Of a stretch of DNA of 64,000 nt, positions 8,607 through 18,150 are shown in pieces. Location of the stretch: the sequence record JX128259, one strand, 5' to 3'. Position 1 is the first letter of the stretch, and each line of letters starts with the position of its first letter. Made by a program: the position numbers and the translations under genes. Source of the stretch: Escherichia phage ECML-134. A model generated the notes under the pieces. That model did not search any database and was not told the origin of the DNA. It worked only from the letters and a program-made list of their open reading frames with translations.

Positions 8607-10420
8607 TGGTGTTTAACCCTATGCATGATTTCTTTATTTTTGCCGAGATTAAATCCGCGTTCGTTCGGATTTCCCAAATAACCACACGTTCTTCTTATTG
8701 TGTTCATCTTTTTAGGATCAGTTTCTCCACAGATAGAACAAACAAATCCGTTTTCAGTAGGAGTCATTTCATGGGTGCTTCCGCATGTAAAACATTTATC
8801 TACTGGCATATTAACACCAAAATAATCTAAATGTTGTGCAGCATAATCCCATACAGCCTCAAGGCCTTTTAGGTTATTTTTCATATCAGGAAGTTCAACA
8901 TAAGAAATGTGACCACCTGTCGCAATGAAATGATATGGCGCTTCACGAGAAATCTTTTCAAACGGAGTAACATTTTCTTCTACTGAAACGTGGAAACTGT
9001 TAGTGTACCAGCCTTTATCGGTAACATCTTTTACGCTTCCATATTTTTCTGTATCAAGTTTACAGAAGCGATAACAAAGGTTTTCAGCAGGAGTCGAATA
9101 TAAACTAAAAGCAAATCCAGTTCTTTCAGTCCACTGTTTAAGATGAGCATTCATTTTAGTTAAAATTTCTCGTCCAATATCACGACCGACAAGAATATTC
9201 AATTCGTGAATACCAATGTATCCTAGGGACACTGAACTTCTACCGTTTTTAAATAACTCAATTATGTCGTCATCAGGTTTAAGACGAACCCCGAATGCAC
9301 CTTCTTGGTAAAGAATAGGAGCAACAGTAGCTTTAACTCCTTTTAAGGAACTAATTCTACACATCAAAGCTTCAAAACACAAATCCATACGTTCATTGAA
9401 TAATTCAACAAATTTCTGTTCGTTAAATTGTGTTCCAATATAAGAATCTAATGCAATGCGAGGAAGATTCAGTGTTACAACACCAAGATTATTACGTCCA
9501 TCAAGAATTTCATTACCAGTCGAATCTTTCCATACGCTCAAGAAACTACGGCAACCCATTGGAGAAACAGGAATAGATGAACCGGTGATAGCTTTATTAT
9601 TCTTAACTGAAATAATATCAGGATACATCCTTTTGCTTGCACACTCTAGAGCAAGCTGCTTAATATCATAGTTCGGATCGTCTTTATAAAGATTAACGCC
9701 TTCTTCAACGAACATAACAAGTTTAGGAAAAATAGGAGTTATCCCATCACGACCAAGACCTTTAATACGATTTTTCAGAATTGCTTTCTGAATCATTCGT
9801 TCAGTCCAGTCAGTTCCCGTACCAAATGTAATTGTTACAAAAGGAGTCTGTCCGTTTGAACTAAAGAGAGTATTTACTTCATATTCATAAGCTTGGAATG
9901 CATCGTATACGTCTTTTTCTGTTTTAGATTGAGCATAATTCAACGCATCAGCGATTTGCCATTTTTCTGCATCCTCAATATGTTTTGCATAGGTGCGTTT
10001 AACATAAGGAGAAAGTACTTTATCTACATTCGCAAAAGTCGTTCCGCCATATTGATGGGAAGCAACCTGTGCAGTAATTTGTGCCATAATTGCAGTAGCA
10101 ACACCGATTGATTTAGGAGTTTCAATCTGTGCATTACCGAGCTTAAATCCGTTCTCAAGCATTCCTTTTAAATCTACTAAACAGCAATTAGTAAATGGAA
10201 GAGCAGGGGAATAATCAATATCGTGCACGTGAATAATTCCGCTTTCATGCGCTTTCATAATAAAAGACGGGACCATATTTTTGGCAATGTGTTTAGACAC
10301 AATACCAGCCATAAGGTCCCGTTGAGTTGGAAAAACACGAGAATCTTTATTAGCATTCTCGTTTAAAAGGTCTTTATTAGTTTTATGAATCAATCCTTCA
10401 ATTTCTTTTTCAATTGTCAT
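8603..10420 (-). CDS. nrdD: Anaerobic ribonucleoside-triphosphate reductase (class III), uninterrupted
   Basis: 605 aa continuous ORF; C-terminal glycyl-radical motif RRTCGYLG and zinc-ribbon cysteines; no intron interruption visible. Confidence 0.9.
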   Translation of the reverse strand: MTIEKEIEGLIHKTNKDLLNENANKDSRVFPTQRDLMAGIVSKHIAKNMVPSFIMKAHESGIIHVHDIDYSPALPFTNCCLVDLKGMLENGFKLGNAQIETPKSIGVATAIMAQITAQVASHQYGGTTFANVDKVLSPYVKRTYAKHIEDAEKWQIADALNYAQSKTEKDVYDAFQAYEYEVNTLFSSNGQTPFVTITFGTGTDWTERMIQKAILKNRIKGLGRDGITPIFPKLVMFVEEGVNLYKDDPNYDIKQLALECASKRMYPDIISVKNNKAITGSSIPVSPMGCRSFLSVWKDSTGNEILDGRNNLGVVTLNLPRIALDSYIGTQFNEQKFVELFNERMDLCFEALMCRISSLKGVKATVAPILYQEGAFGVRLKPDDDIIELFKNGRSSVSLGYIGIHELNILVGRDIGREILTKMNAHLKQWTERTGFAFSLYSTPAENLCYRFCKLDTEKYGSVKDVTDKGWYTNSFHVSVEENVTPFEKISREAPYHFIATGGHISYVELPDMKNNLKGLEAVWDYAAQHLDYFGVNMPVDKCFTCGSTHEMTPTENGFVCSICGETDPKKMNTIRRTCGYLGNPNERGFNLGKNKEIMHRVKHQ

Positions 10421-10890
10421 TTTAAACTCTTTCTAAGCTGCTTCTTAAATGAAGCTATTAATTGTGTTTTGGTGTCAGATTCATTATATTCAAATCCTCT
10501 TTGAAGCATCTCGGCCATCATTTCCTCTTTTCCTAAACGAGAAAATTCCTTTGATTTATCTCCAACAAAGTTAGGGTGAATATTATTTTGGGTGTAATCG
10601 GATTTTAAATAAGTAAGTAAATTTTCTAACCATTCAAGATAATCAACCCCTTGTCCCTTTAAGCCAGAACGATTAAATTTGTGCTTCATTTGACCTTCTG
10701 CGGCATTGCAAAGATTACAAAGCAATCCACGCACCTTTCCTGCTTTTGGTCCATTTAATTCATGGTCATGGTCGAGGTGATTAGCTTGAACATCAGGATT
10801 TAGTTCTCGTTGGCAAATTAAGCATTTACCATTTTGTGCATCATAAAATTTCTGTTTTTCTTCTTTATATAATTTGCCAGTCAATAACAT
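10417..10890 (-). CDS. 49: Endonuclease VII (Holliday junction resolvase)
   Basis: 157 aa; sequence MLLTGKLYKEEKQKFYDAQNGKCLICQREL... matches recalled T4 gp49. Confidence 0.9.
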   Translation of the reverse strand: MLLTGKLYKEEKQKFYDAQNGKCLICQRELNPDVQANHLDHDHELNGPKAGKVRGLLCNLCNAAEGQMKHKFNRSGLKGQGVDYLEWLENLLTYLKSDYTQNNIHPNFVGDKSKEFSRLGKEEMMAEMLQRGFEYNESDTKTQLIASFKKQLRKSLK

Positions 10891-10931
10891 AATAAACCCT
10901 TACCTTAAATAGATAAGGGTATTTATTATTT

Positions 10932-11417
10932 TCAAGTATTATAAAACATTTGATGCAATCGCTTATATTGCCGAATCATTTGGTCAGAAAAAGAAATTTG
11001 AGTTTCAAGCCATTCAATGTATTCTGCGGCAGCTTGCATCAGGTTACCTTCATAGCCATCGTTATTTTCTTGTGCAGCTAATTTAGCTAATGCGTATGAA
11101 ATACGTTCACCTTGAAAAGCGGCTTTAGGCTTCTGAACAACTTGATTAGTTCTCTCTACAACTTCTTCAATTTCGCCGTTTTCGACTGATTCAGTATTCC
11201 ACAAACACCAATACGTAATTGGCTTATCATAGATATTAATAATCTTTCCGTCGGAAAGTTCAATTTCAATAATTCCAGTATCAGGTTCTATATCATCTTC
11301 ACATTCTTTTGCAAGTTCACGAACTTTAAAGACAGTACCTGCACTAAGTTCCGGCCAGTAATTACATAGCCCTGTATCAACACGATTAATTCTAAACCAC
11401 TTATCTACTGTAATCAT
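10932..11417 (-). CDS. pin: Protease inhibitor Pin-like protein
   Basis: 161 aa from the internal Met of the 167 aa ORF; position after gene 49 and size agree with T4 pin. Confidence 0.55.
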   Translation of the reverse strand: MITVDKWFRINRVDTGLCNYWPELSAGTVFKVRELAKECEDDIEPDTGIIEIELSDGKIINIYDKPITYWCLWNTESVENGEIEEVVERTNQVVQKPKAAFQGERISYALAKLAAQENNDGYEGNLMQAAAEYIEWLETQISFSDQMIRQYKRLHQMFYNT

Positions 11418-11539
11418 GTCCCATCTCCATATCAATTAAGTCATTTATTGTAGGTTCATTATATACTGTTTCTTCATCAGTGTAAACCGGTTCTTCCGGC
11501 TCTGGCTCTACAGTTTCCCATCTAACCGCCCACCAGGGT

Positions 11540-11710
11540 TTAACCCCGAAGCTTATTAAGTTCTTCATAATCAATCCAGGATTCTAATCCTGATGGCAAA
11601 TCAGATTCAATTTCCCAAAGAAGTTCTTCAATTTTATGAAGACGATCTAGTTCTTTAGCAGGAATAGTAACCATTGACGGAGCTCTTGCTACATTAATAT
11701 CGTAAATCAT
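11540..11710 (-). CDS. Hypothetical small protein
   Basis: ORF 11540..11749 with probable internal start; abuts upstream ORF. Confidence 0.35.
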   Translation of the reverse strand: MIYDINVARAPSMVTIPAKELDRLHKIEELLWEIESDLPSGLESWIDYEELNKLRG

Positions 11711-11712
11711 AT

Positions 11713-11928
11713 TTACCCCAGTTTGACCATACAATCGCCGTATTTCCACTTAGAAATAGACTTTTCACCATTAGAATAATAAACTTCAAGTTTAGCACGA
11801 TTATTTTTAATTTGAATAACCTTTGCTGTCATCAAAGTTCCATACCCATAGTAAACTGCAACTTCATCACCTACATATACCGCGCTTCCACGATAATCAT
11901 GGATATAATCAGTTCCTTCGAGCGTCAT
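11713..11928 (-). CDS. Hypothetical protein
   Basis: 71 aa ORF; 4-nt overlap with nrdC stop. Confidence 0.45.
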   Translation of the reverse strand: MTLEGTDYIHDYRGSAVYVGDEVAVYYGYGTLMTAKVIQIKNNRAKLEVYYSNGEKSISKWKYGDCMVKLG

Positions 11929-12188
11929 TTAAAGTATTCCCGCAATTGGTCAAATCCACCAATATGACTTCCATCAGGAGCAAATACCTGAGGCATTGTT
12001 AAGCCGATTTGAGTATCACGACCTAGTTTCGTCAGAAGCTCAGCAATTTTCTCATCATCAAAAACACCTTTTTCCGGCATAATGTTGATAAATTCAAACG
12101 GCTGTTTCTTCACGGTCAAAAGACGTTTTGCATTATCGCAGTACACACATTTGTGGATGTTGCTATCATAACCATATACTTTAAACAT
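11925..12188 (-). CDS. nrdC: Thioredoxin/glutaredoxin NrdC
   Basis: 87 aa; CVYC active-site motif; length matches T4 nrdC. Confidence 0.8.
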   Translation of the reverse strand: MFKVYGYDSNIHKCVYCDNAKRLLTVKKQPFEFINIMPEKGVFDDEKIAELLTKLGRDTQIGLTMPQVFAPDGSHIGGFDQLREYFK

Positions 12189-12189
12189 A

Positions 12190-12432
12190 TTATTCCTTAA
12201 TTCCTAGTACTTGTTTAAAAGTCTCGTCGTAATCAAGACTTTGGCCCGTTTGTTCTTTATGTTTGTACATAATATCACTTACTTCTGATAGCATATTTTT
12301 ATATGAACGAGTTAAAGCAGATTTAAGCACGCTGTATCTATCAGGAAATTTACCATGTTCATTATAATAAGCTATTACTAATTCACGGACTGCCTTTTCA
12401 GCAGTCTCCATATATTCTTTACGCTTGGTCAT
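12190..12432 (-). CDS. Hypothetical protein (nrdC.1-like position)
   Basis: Start moved to internal Met ([13 protein letters not shown]...) of the 133 aa ORF; upstream part overlaps the preceding gene. Confidence 0.4.
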   Translation of the reverse strand: MTKRKEYMETAEKAVRELVIAYYNEHGKFPDRYSVLKSALTRSYKNMLSEVSDIMYKHKEQTGQSLDYDETFKQVLGIKE

Positions 12433-12736
12433 TTTCTTCTCGGTCAAATCGGTGTTTACAATGACGACATTTATAACGAAGATTACTAGTCTGCCAATGG
12501 ACCAATTGCACCTGTTCAGTTCCACATTCAGGGCAATTAGGAACGTTTTTAGAAGCCCTTTCACGACGTTCAACCATAACCATAATGGCATCCCAAGCAG
12601 GAGGTTTAAAGTCTAAATCGTCACAACCATGAATCTTTCCACGCATTTCCAAATCGTCTTCTTCACCAGCCATAATAATTTTAATTAGACTAGAATTACT
12701 TGAAGCTGCAATGTCTTCTAATAGACGCTTTTTCAT
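12419..12736 (-). CDS. Hypothetical zinc-ribbon protein
   Basis: 105 aa; C-terminal CPECG...CRHCKH four-cysteine motif. Confidence 0.5.
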   Translation of the reverse strand: MKKRLLEDIAASSNSSLIKIIMAGEEDDLEMRGKIHGCDDLDFKPPAWDAIMVMVERRERASKNVPNCPECGTEQVQLVHWQTSNLRYKCRHCKHRFDREENDQA

Positions 12737-13662
12737 TTCAATACCTCAATAGCATTACGTAAACCATTTGCTTTTGCATTAAGAGCTTTTAACAATTTGG
12801 TGTGTTCTGCAATTTGGGCTTCAACTTCAATCAAACGAGCATTGAGATATTCGCGTTCTTCACTCAGATTATCAACCTTTTCTACTTTAGGCTCTTTTAC
12901 AACTGTCTTATATGTATTAGGGTTCTTCAGTTTAATTAGAATGCGTGAACTGTATAACATTGAACCATTATTTTCGGTTTCGTCATACATTTCTACTACA
13001 TCCATAATTTTTAACATCATGCGGAGTTTATAAGACAACGAACGAATAGTTTTGTTGTGCTTATTAATTTCTTTAGCTGTCATGGTGCCGAGATTACGTG
13101 AGTAATAATAAGGAACCTGGATATTAATTAATACTGATGAACCACCTGGCTTGTGTGTTACTTCATCAGCAATAACCCAGTCCTTAACATGAACTGTATT
13201 TGTACGGTCATCACCCGCGGTAAACAGTTTGCGAGCATGCTTAAAAAGCATATTCACTTGGTCATTGAATTGACAAGCAAATTTATCAGCAAATTTAGTT
13301 TCAGGAATGGTAGATAACCAATCAGCCAAATGAGTCTTTTTAACATCGTTAACAATAGTAAATTCAACCAAATCGGTTATAGATGTCTCAGATTTAATAA
13401 AGCTCGGCTTCATAAAGTTTTTAATGTTATCGTGAGCTACAGTAGAAGATAACATACGAGAACGTTTAAACCATTCAAGCAAATTACCTAACGAATGAGA
13501 ATAAGCGTTTTGAGTATCTTTACAGATATGATTTTCCTGGCCAACATATTGAAGGAAATCACGAAGAATATTATTGATTACTGCTCTGTGTCCGATCTGA
13601 TAATTACGGTGTTTAGTAATAAGACTGTCAAAATAATCAATATAATGTTTACGAGTTTTCAT
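12733..13662 (-). CDS. Hypothetical protein with C-terminal coiled coil (array member 1 of 4)
   Basis: 309 aa; last ~45 aa have heptad-like charged/Leu pattern ([42 protein letters not shown]). Confidence 0.6.
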   Translation of the reverse strand: MKTRKHYIDYFDSLITKHRNYQIGHRAVINNILRDFLQYVGQENHICKDTQNAYSHSLGNLLEWFKRSRMLSSTVAHDNIKNFMKPSFIKSETSITDLVEFTIVNDVKKTHLADWLSTIPETKFADKFACQFNDQVNMLFKHARKLFTAGDDRTNTVHVKDWVIADEVTHKPGGSSVLINIQVPYYYSRNLGTMTAKEINKHNKTIRSLSYKLRMMLKIMDVVEMYDETENNGSMLYSSRILIKLKNPNTYKTVVKEPKVEKVDNLSEEREYLNARLIEVEAQIAEHTKLLKALNAKANGLRNAIEVLK

Positions 13663-13716
13663 GTTCTTCTCACTTGGTTAATGATTTATACTCCGAGCCA
13701 TCCTTGGCTTTAAATT

Positions 13717-14718
13717 TTACTTAATTAACTGTAAAGCTTGTTCAAGACGATCAAGACGATTAACAGATTCTTCCCAAATCTTTTTAGCCTGCTCATATTC
13801 TTTCTGCGCTTTATTAGAAATTTCTAGAACTTCCTTATAAGCTTTTTCTAATGCAATAACTTCTGGACGAATTTCTACCGGTTCAGGTGAATCATCAAGA
13901 TTATCCATTAGTTCCTCAAGGGTAGTTTCTTCTTTAGGAGTATTCACAATTTCATCACATTTTTGTTGGTAAATTTCTTTATCAGTAGGTGAATAAGCAC
14001 ATTTCACTTCACGAAGGCTAATTACGAGTTTATATCCTTCCCAACCGCATATATTCTTAAAAGGATATGTATGAATATTTTCTACTGTTTCCATACAAAG
14101 TAATGCGGTCTCTAATTGACGAGTTATAGTGCTAGCAATTGAGAAAAATTTATTAATATTCTTTTGGTTAGTTTCTGGTGTAAAAAATCCATAATTCACA
14201 AAAATAGATACTTTATTTTTATCAAGTTCATATTCTTTTATGATAATCATATCAGAAGCCAAAGGATGAATTTGACGATAATCGCCATAACATAATTTAG
14301 AAGCTGATTTTAGAATCTGTCCTTTGAAAAGTCTGAAATTACTAATCCAACGACGAGTAAAAATATTCTCAGGGTCTTCTTTGACATTAAGATGATAAGA
14401 ATTAACATCACCGAACCAATTATATCCTACTACATCTTTGGTTCGTTTAATTTCTTTCCCAAAATTACCAAGAATATCCCGATTAACCAAATATGAAAGA
14501 AGACGAGACTCTTTAAAGGTTTTCTTGATAACATCTTTATCTACACGGCTAGAAATTTTACGAATTTCATGAATAAATTTAGTAGAAGAAACAATACTTG
14601 CATCAACACTATTGAGCCATTGATTGATAATAGAAAGAACTATATTTTGGCCAAACATCGGTATAGCTTTATCATCAATAACGCTATTGAATGATTTGAT
14701 ATATTCGTTACGAGTCAT
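13717..14718 (-). CDS. Hypothetical protein with C-terminal coiled coil (array member 2 of 4)
   Basis: Start at MTRNEY after RBS gaggag; the first 10 codons of the track ORF overlap the promoter; C-terminal coiled coil. Confidence 0.6.
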   Translation of the reverse strand: MTRNEYIKSFNSVIDDKAIPMFGQNIVLSIINQWLNSVDASIVSSTKFIHEIRKISSRVDKDVIKKTFKESRLLSYLVNRDILGNFGKEIKRTKDVVGYNWFGDVNSYHLNVKEDPENIFTRRWISNFRLFKGQILKSASKLCYGDYRQIHPLASDMIIIKEYELDKNKVSIFVNYGFFTPETNQKNINKFFSIASTITRQLETALLCMETVENIHTYPFKNICGWEGYKLVISLREVKCAYSPTDKEIYQQKCDEIVNTPKEETTLEELMDNLDDSPEPVEIRPEVIALEKAYKEVLEISNKAQKEYEQAKKIWEESVNRLDRLEQALQLIK

Positions 14719-14749
14719 ATTAATCTCCTCAGTAGAAAGTAAGAACATT

Positions 14750-14782
14750 ATACCACATCCTTGTGGAAAAGTAAACTAGTTC
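14750..14782 (-). promoter_or_regulatory. Early promoter with spacer stem-loop
   Basis: Reverse strand GTTTAC-ttttccacaaggatgtgg-TATAAT; hairpin ccaca-tcct-tgtgg in the spacer. Confidence 0.55.
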
Positions 14783-15798
14783 AGTGCATTTAGTGCATTG
14801 TTCAGTTTAGAACGTTGCTTCGTAAGATTTTTGACTTTTTCTTGAGCTTTTTCCAGCATCTTTTCAGCTTCTAACACTTCATTAGTTGCTTTAACAAGTT
14901 CATCATCTACTGCCTTGATAGACTTCTCAATCGCATCCGCGTGCCATTTTTCAACAGGTTTAAGACTCGGATTTTCAATAGGAAGAAAATTCACTTTATT
15001 GAATTTCCATGCATCTTTATTACCTGAGCTATACATCCAAAATTTAGGATCGTTTGATGAGCAATTAGATAAATTTAAGTTATCTTGCACTTCCTGCTTT
15101 TTCTCTTGCGGGACTTCATCCTTTCTCAAAAAATCATATTTAAATGAAACGATCATATCAAGTTCATACGTTGTTGTATGTTCCCAATTTCGCTCAAAAT
15201 GAGGTAAAATCTTAGACTGAACTGCAGCAACAACATCCATATACTTAAATGCTTCTGTCAACTGCGATTTAAGGCATTCGCAAATTGAAAGAGAATTTTT
15301 TGTATTAGGTTTAAAGCTAATTCGTGCAGTTCTATTATTTTCTTTTAACGGTCTTACTTCCATCTGAAGAGTATAACCATCAAATTTCAGGTTCTTTAAG
15401 TTAATGTCAGAACCTTTTAATCGACTAGCCGTCGACAAAATTTGCTTTAATTGTTTACGGAATAGAGCAATAAATCTCCATTCAATACGATAATGATTTG
15501 GATTGAAAAATCCAGATGATAAATCGACCTTACTCTGACCAACACCTTGAACAAATAGAGGATTTTTATAATCAATAGTTTTACAGAAATCGGTGAGCTG
15601 CTCACGAGCAGTCATTTGTGTAATATATCCTGCTTCGCTAAAATTACGCACCCATTCGCTGCTGTTCAAATGTTTAAAGGCATGAATTGAACAATTAACT
15701 TTACCAAGGTCTAAATTATTTTCACACAAAAATGTCATAGCATCACGAGTATAGCTGGCATTACGAACCATATCTTCAATTTGAGAACGAGTTTTCAT
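14776..15798 (-). CDS. Hypothetical protein with C-terminal coiled coil (array member 3 of 4)
   Basis: 340 aa; N-terminus MKTR like member 1; C-terminal coiled coil. Confidence 0.6.
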   Translation of the reverse strand: MKTRSQIEDMVRNASYTRDAMTFLCENNLDLGKVNCSIHAFKHLNSSEWVRNFSEAGYITQMTAREQLTDFCKTIDYKNPLFVQGVGQSKVDLSSGFFNPNHYRIEWRFIALFRKQLKQILSTASRLKGSDINLKNLKFDGYTLQMEVRPLKENNRTARISFKPNTKNSLSICECLKSQLTEAFKYMDVVAAVQSKILPHFERNWEHTTTYELDMIVSFKYDFLRKDEVPQEKKQEVQDNLNLSNCSSNDPKFWMYSSGNKDAWKFNKVNFLPIENPSLKPVEKWHADAIEKSIKAVDDELVKATNEVLEAEKMLEKAQEKVKNLTKQRSKLNNALNALN

Positions 15799-15806
15799 GG
15801 TGTTCC

Positions 15807-16694
15807 TTAAGATTTAAGTAAATCAACAATTTTAATTAACTTTTCACGCTCAGATTTAGCTTTACTACTCAGTCCAGATAGTCTGAAAATTTCATCGTCA
15901 TATTGTTGAATAGAAATATTCAGCTCTTCAATCTGTTTATTAAAATAATCAATTTGTTCAGAATGTTTTTCGTTACTACGAACTGGTGCAGGTTTTGTAG
16001 GCAATTTAGTTGAACTGGATTTATCCGGGCGATAAATTAAAATGCAATTTGAACCAATCGGGCATTTAGCACCAGATGAATATTCTAACGTTCCAGCTTC
16101 TTTTAAAACTTCAAAAGCTAAACAGAGATGATGCCCCATATTAACATAATCCGTAGAGCGAGCTCTGACGTAATAATCATCTCCACGAGTACTAAATTTA
16201 AAGCATTTAAGGTCTTCTGTATTATTAGTTTTAAAAATCATTTGTTTATCTAGACCTTTAGCTAATCGAGCGCCTAATGCTAATAATCGTCGTTGATTTT
16301 CCCACAAATCCGCAATCATTTGGTCGAATGATAATTTTGGCATTAGTCGGCCATAAAGGTCATATCCTTTATTATAATTACGAAGGATTTCACTCGCGTT
16401 AATACGAGACAACGCTCCAATTTTATTAAGGGCTTTCATGATGCGATTAGATAAACCCATTCCAGACCCGTTTGTTCGTTGTAAATGTTTTTCTAATCCA
16501 AACCCAATATCAACTTTAAACTTATCTAAAATTTCTGCATGAACATCTCTGTCAATAACATTCAAATCCAAAGTTGGGTTAAATCTATGAAAAAATTTAT
16601 CCGGCTCTCCACGACGAAGTACAGTCCATTCATTCAATTTTTTATTAACTAAAGATTTAATTACTGCATTGACATTATTAATTACTACTGACAT
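15807..16694 (-). CDS. Hypothetical protein with C-terminal coiled coil (array member 4 of 4)
   Basis: Start at MSVVINN after gagtgagg RBS; C-terminal coiled coil. Confidence 0.55.
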   Translation of the reverse strand: MSVVINNVNAVIKSLVNKKLNEWTVLRRGEPDKFFHRFNPTLDLNVIDRDVHAEILDKFKVDIGFGLEKHLQRTNGSGMGLSNRIMKALNKIGALSRINASEILRNYNKGYDLYGRLMPKLSFDQMIADLWENQRRLLALGARLAKGLDKQMIFKTNNTEDLKCFKFSTRGDDYYVRARSTDYVNMGHHLCLAFEVLKEAGTLEYSSGAKCPIGSNCILIYRPDKSSSTKLPTKPAPVRSNEKHSEQIDYFNKQIEELNISIQQYDDEIFRLSGLSSKAKSEREKLIKIVDLLKS

Positions 16695-16701
16695 ATTTTC
16701 C

Positions 16702-17103
16702 TCACTCAATTTTACCAATTACGCGGAATAAGATTGAACAAACTATATAAGTACCACATATAGATTGAACTAATGCCATTCCAAAGAACCAAACAATATT
16801 ATCAAACCATGTCTGTTTTACGTCGAAAGGACGTAAACTTACAGTAATATTATCACCTTTTTCTATTGAAGAATACATCTCTGGTGAAATATATTCGCTA
16901 AATCTATAACCGTCTTTGAGTTCATATACGGCAATAAACGATAAACTAGATCCCTTTCCTTGAGTTCCTGTAAAGGTATTAACTACAGTAACATCATAAT
17001 CTTTATAATGCATATAATCATTAATTGCGTAATAACCATATGCAATTACTATACATAAACAACATATCAATAAATTCAATCTTTTAATTATCAACTGTTT
17101 CAT
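16702..17103 (-). CDS. Hypothetical membrane protein
   Basis: 133 aa; two hydrophobic segments at N- and C-termini. Confidence 0.5.
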   Translation of the reverse strand: MKQLIIKRLNLLICCLCIVIAYGYYAINDYMHYKDYDVTVVNTFTGTQGKGSSLSFIAVYELKDGYRFSEYISPEMYSSIEKGDNITVSLRPFDVKQTWFDNIVWFFGMALVQSICGTYIVCSILFRVIGKIE

Positions 17104-17158
17104 AATAATCTCAATTAAAAGGGCTTAGAACCATTATACCATCCTTGGTATAAAGCGG

Positions 17159-17686
17159 TTATGCGAGTACCGTCTTTAACCGTTCTTCAAATTTCCGAAG
17201 AGTATTCTGGCGTTCAGCTCTTTGCTTTTTGTAAGTTTCAATACGCTCTGAAATGAGAGTGTATCGTTCATTTACTGATTCTTTCATAAAATCAGGAATT
17301 TCACGAGAAGCTTTAATCTCATCAAATTTATCAATAACAGCTTGCTCTTCAGCAATTAAGTTATCATACATCAAAATATCTTTCTTGATGAACTCAATAT
17401 CTTCTTGAGTTACACGAGATAACTTAGATGCTTTATCCTTTTTGTACTGTTCGTTAGTATCACGAGACCAGTGTAATGTACGATTTTTATTCGTATTTTT
17501 GTAAATTTCTACAATACCAATCTCATCGATAATAACGATCCAATTCCAACGAGATTTGTAAATTTGCCCTCCGTCAACCGTGATTTCACCTCCGATTGAG
17601 ATGTCATTAAAGAACTTGCTTTGTGCTTCAGATTTAAATTTACCATCGTTGTAATTTACCAGGTTGAAAATATCTTTAGCGTTCAT
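17159..17686 (-). CDS. Hypothetical protein with coiled-coil C-terminus
   Basis: Start at MNAKDIF; the first 20 codons of the track ORF are the reverse read of the promoter. Confidence 0.5.
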   Translation of the reverse strand: MNAKDIFNLVNYNDGKFKSEAQSKFFNDISIGGEITVDGGQIYKSRWNWIVIIDEIGIVEIYKNTNKNRTLHWSRDTNEQYKKDKASKLSRVTQEDIEFIKKDILMYDNLIAEEQAVIDKFDEIKASREIPDFMKESVNERYTLISERIETYKKQRAERQNTLRKFEERLKTVLA

Positions 17687-17704
17687 TTTGTGTTCCTCCG
17701 TAGT

Positions 17705-17750
17705 TGATAGTTGTATAGTACCACAGAGGAACGGTCTTGTAAACAACTAA
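17705..17750 (-). promoter_or_regulatory. Early promoter
   Basis: tgtaaaca at 17738-17745 on plus strand (rc GTTTACA) with gatagttgtatagtaccac -10 region. Confidence 0.5.
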
Positions 17751-18061
17751 AAGAAACTTCTTTCACAATTTTTTCCACTGAACCAAGCGCTCACTGCTTT
17801 CTTAGTCTCAGGAGCGGTGTTATCCATAAACCATTCAAAGGCAGCCTTTTTATGATTCTGGAGGGCTTCTCGGGCTTTAATCTGCTCACGGTCTATTAAC
17901 ACTAACATATGAGCCTTTCTTGTCACCATGGGCTTCTTATGATTTTTTGAATATTCCCAATCATTTGTCCAGCGCATCGTTGTTGCGAATTGAAGTACAG
18001 CTTCTTTAATCTTAGTTTCGTAAATTTCACGAGCCTTTGAGTATAACATCATTACCTCCAT
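17747..18061 (-). CDS. Hypothetical protein
   Basis: 104 aa ORF. Confidence 0.45.
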   Translation of the reverse strand: MEVMMLYSKAREIYETKIKEAVLQFATTMRWTNDWEYSKNHKKPMVTRKAHMLVLIDREQIKAREALQNHKKAAFEWFMDNTAPETKKAVSAWFSGKNCERSFF

Positions 18062-18150
18062 TTACCAGTTTAATTCTAGTCATCTTTTTAATGGCAGTCC
18101 ATATAATCTATTTCTGAACTGCCTTTTGTCTTAGAAGTCCTCTTATGAAT

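Noticed and set aside
8606-10111. Plus-strand ORFs 8606..8830, 9456..9671 and 9893..10111
   Set aside because: Antisense within nrdD; no RBS or promoter context
12425-13713. Plus-strand ORFs 12425..12616, 12797..13033 and 13495..13713
   Set aside because: Antisense to supported minus-strand genes
14915-15202. Plus-strand 95 aa ORF
   Set aside because: Antisense inside coiled-coil array member 3
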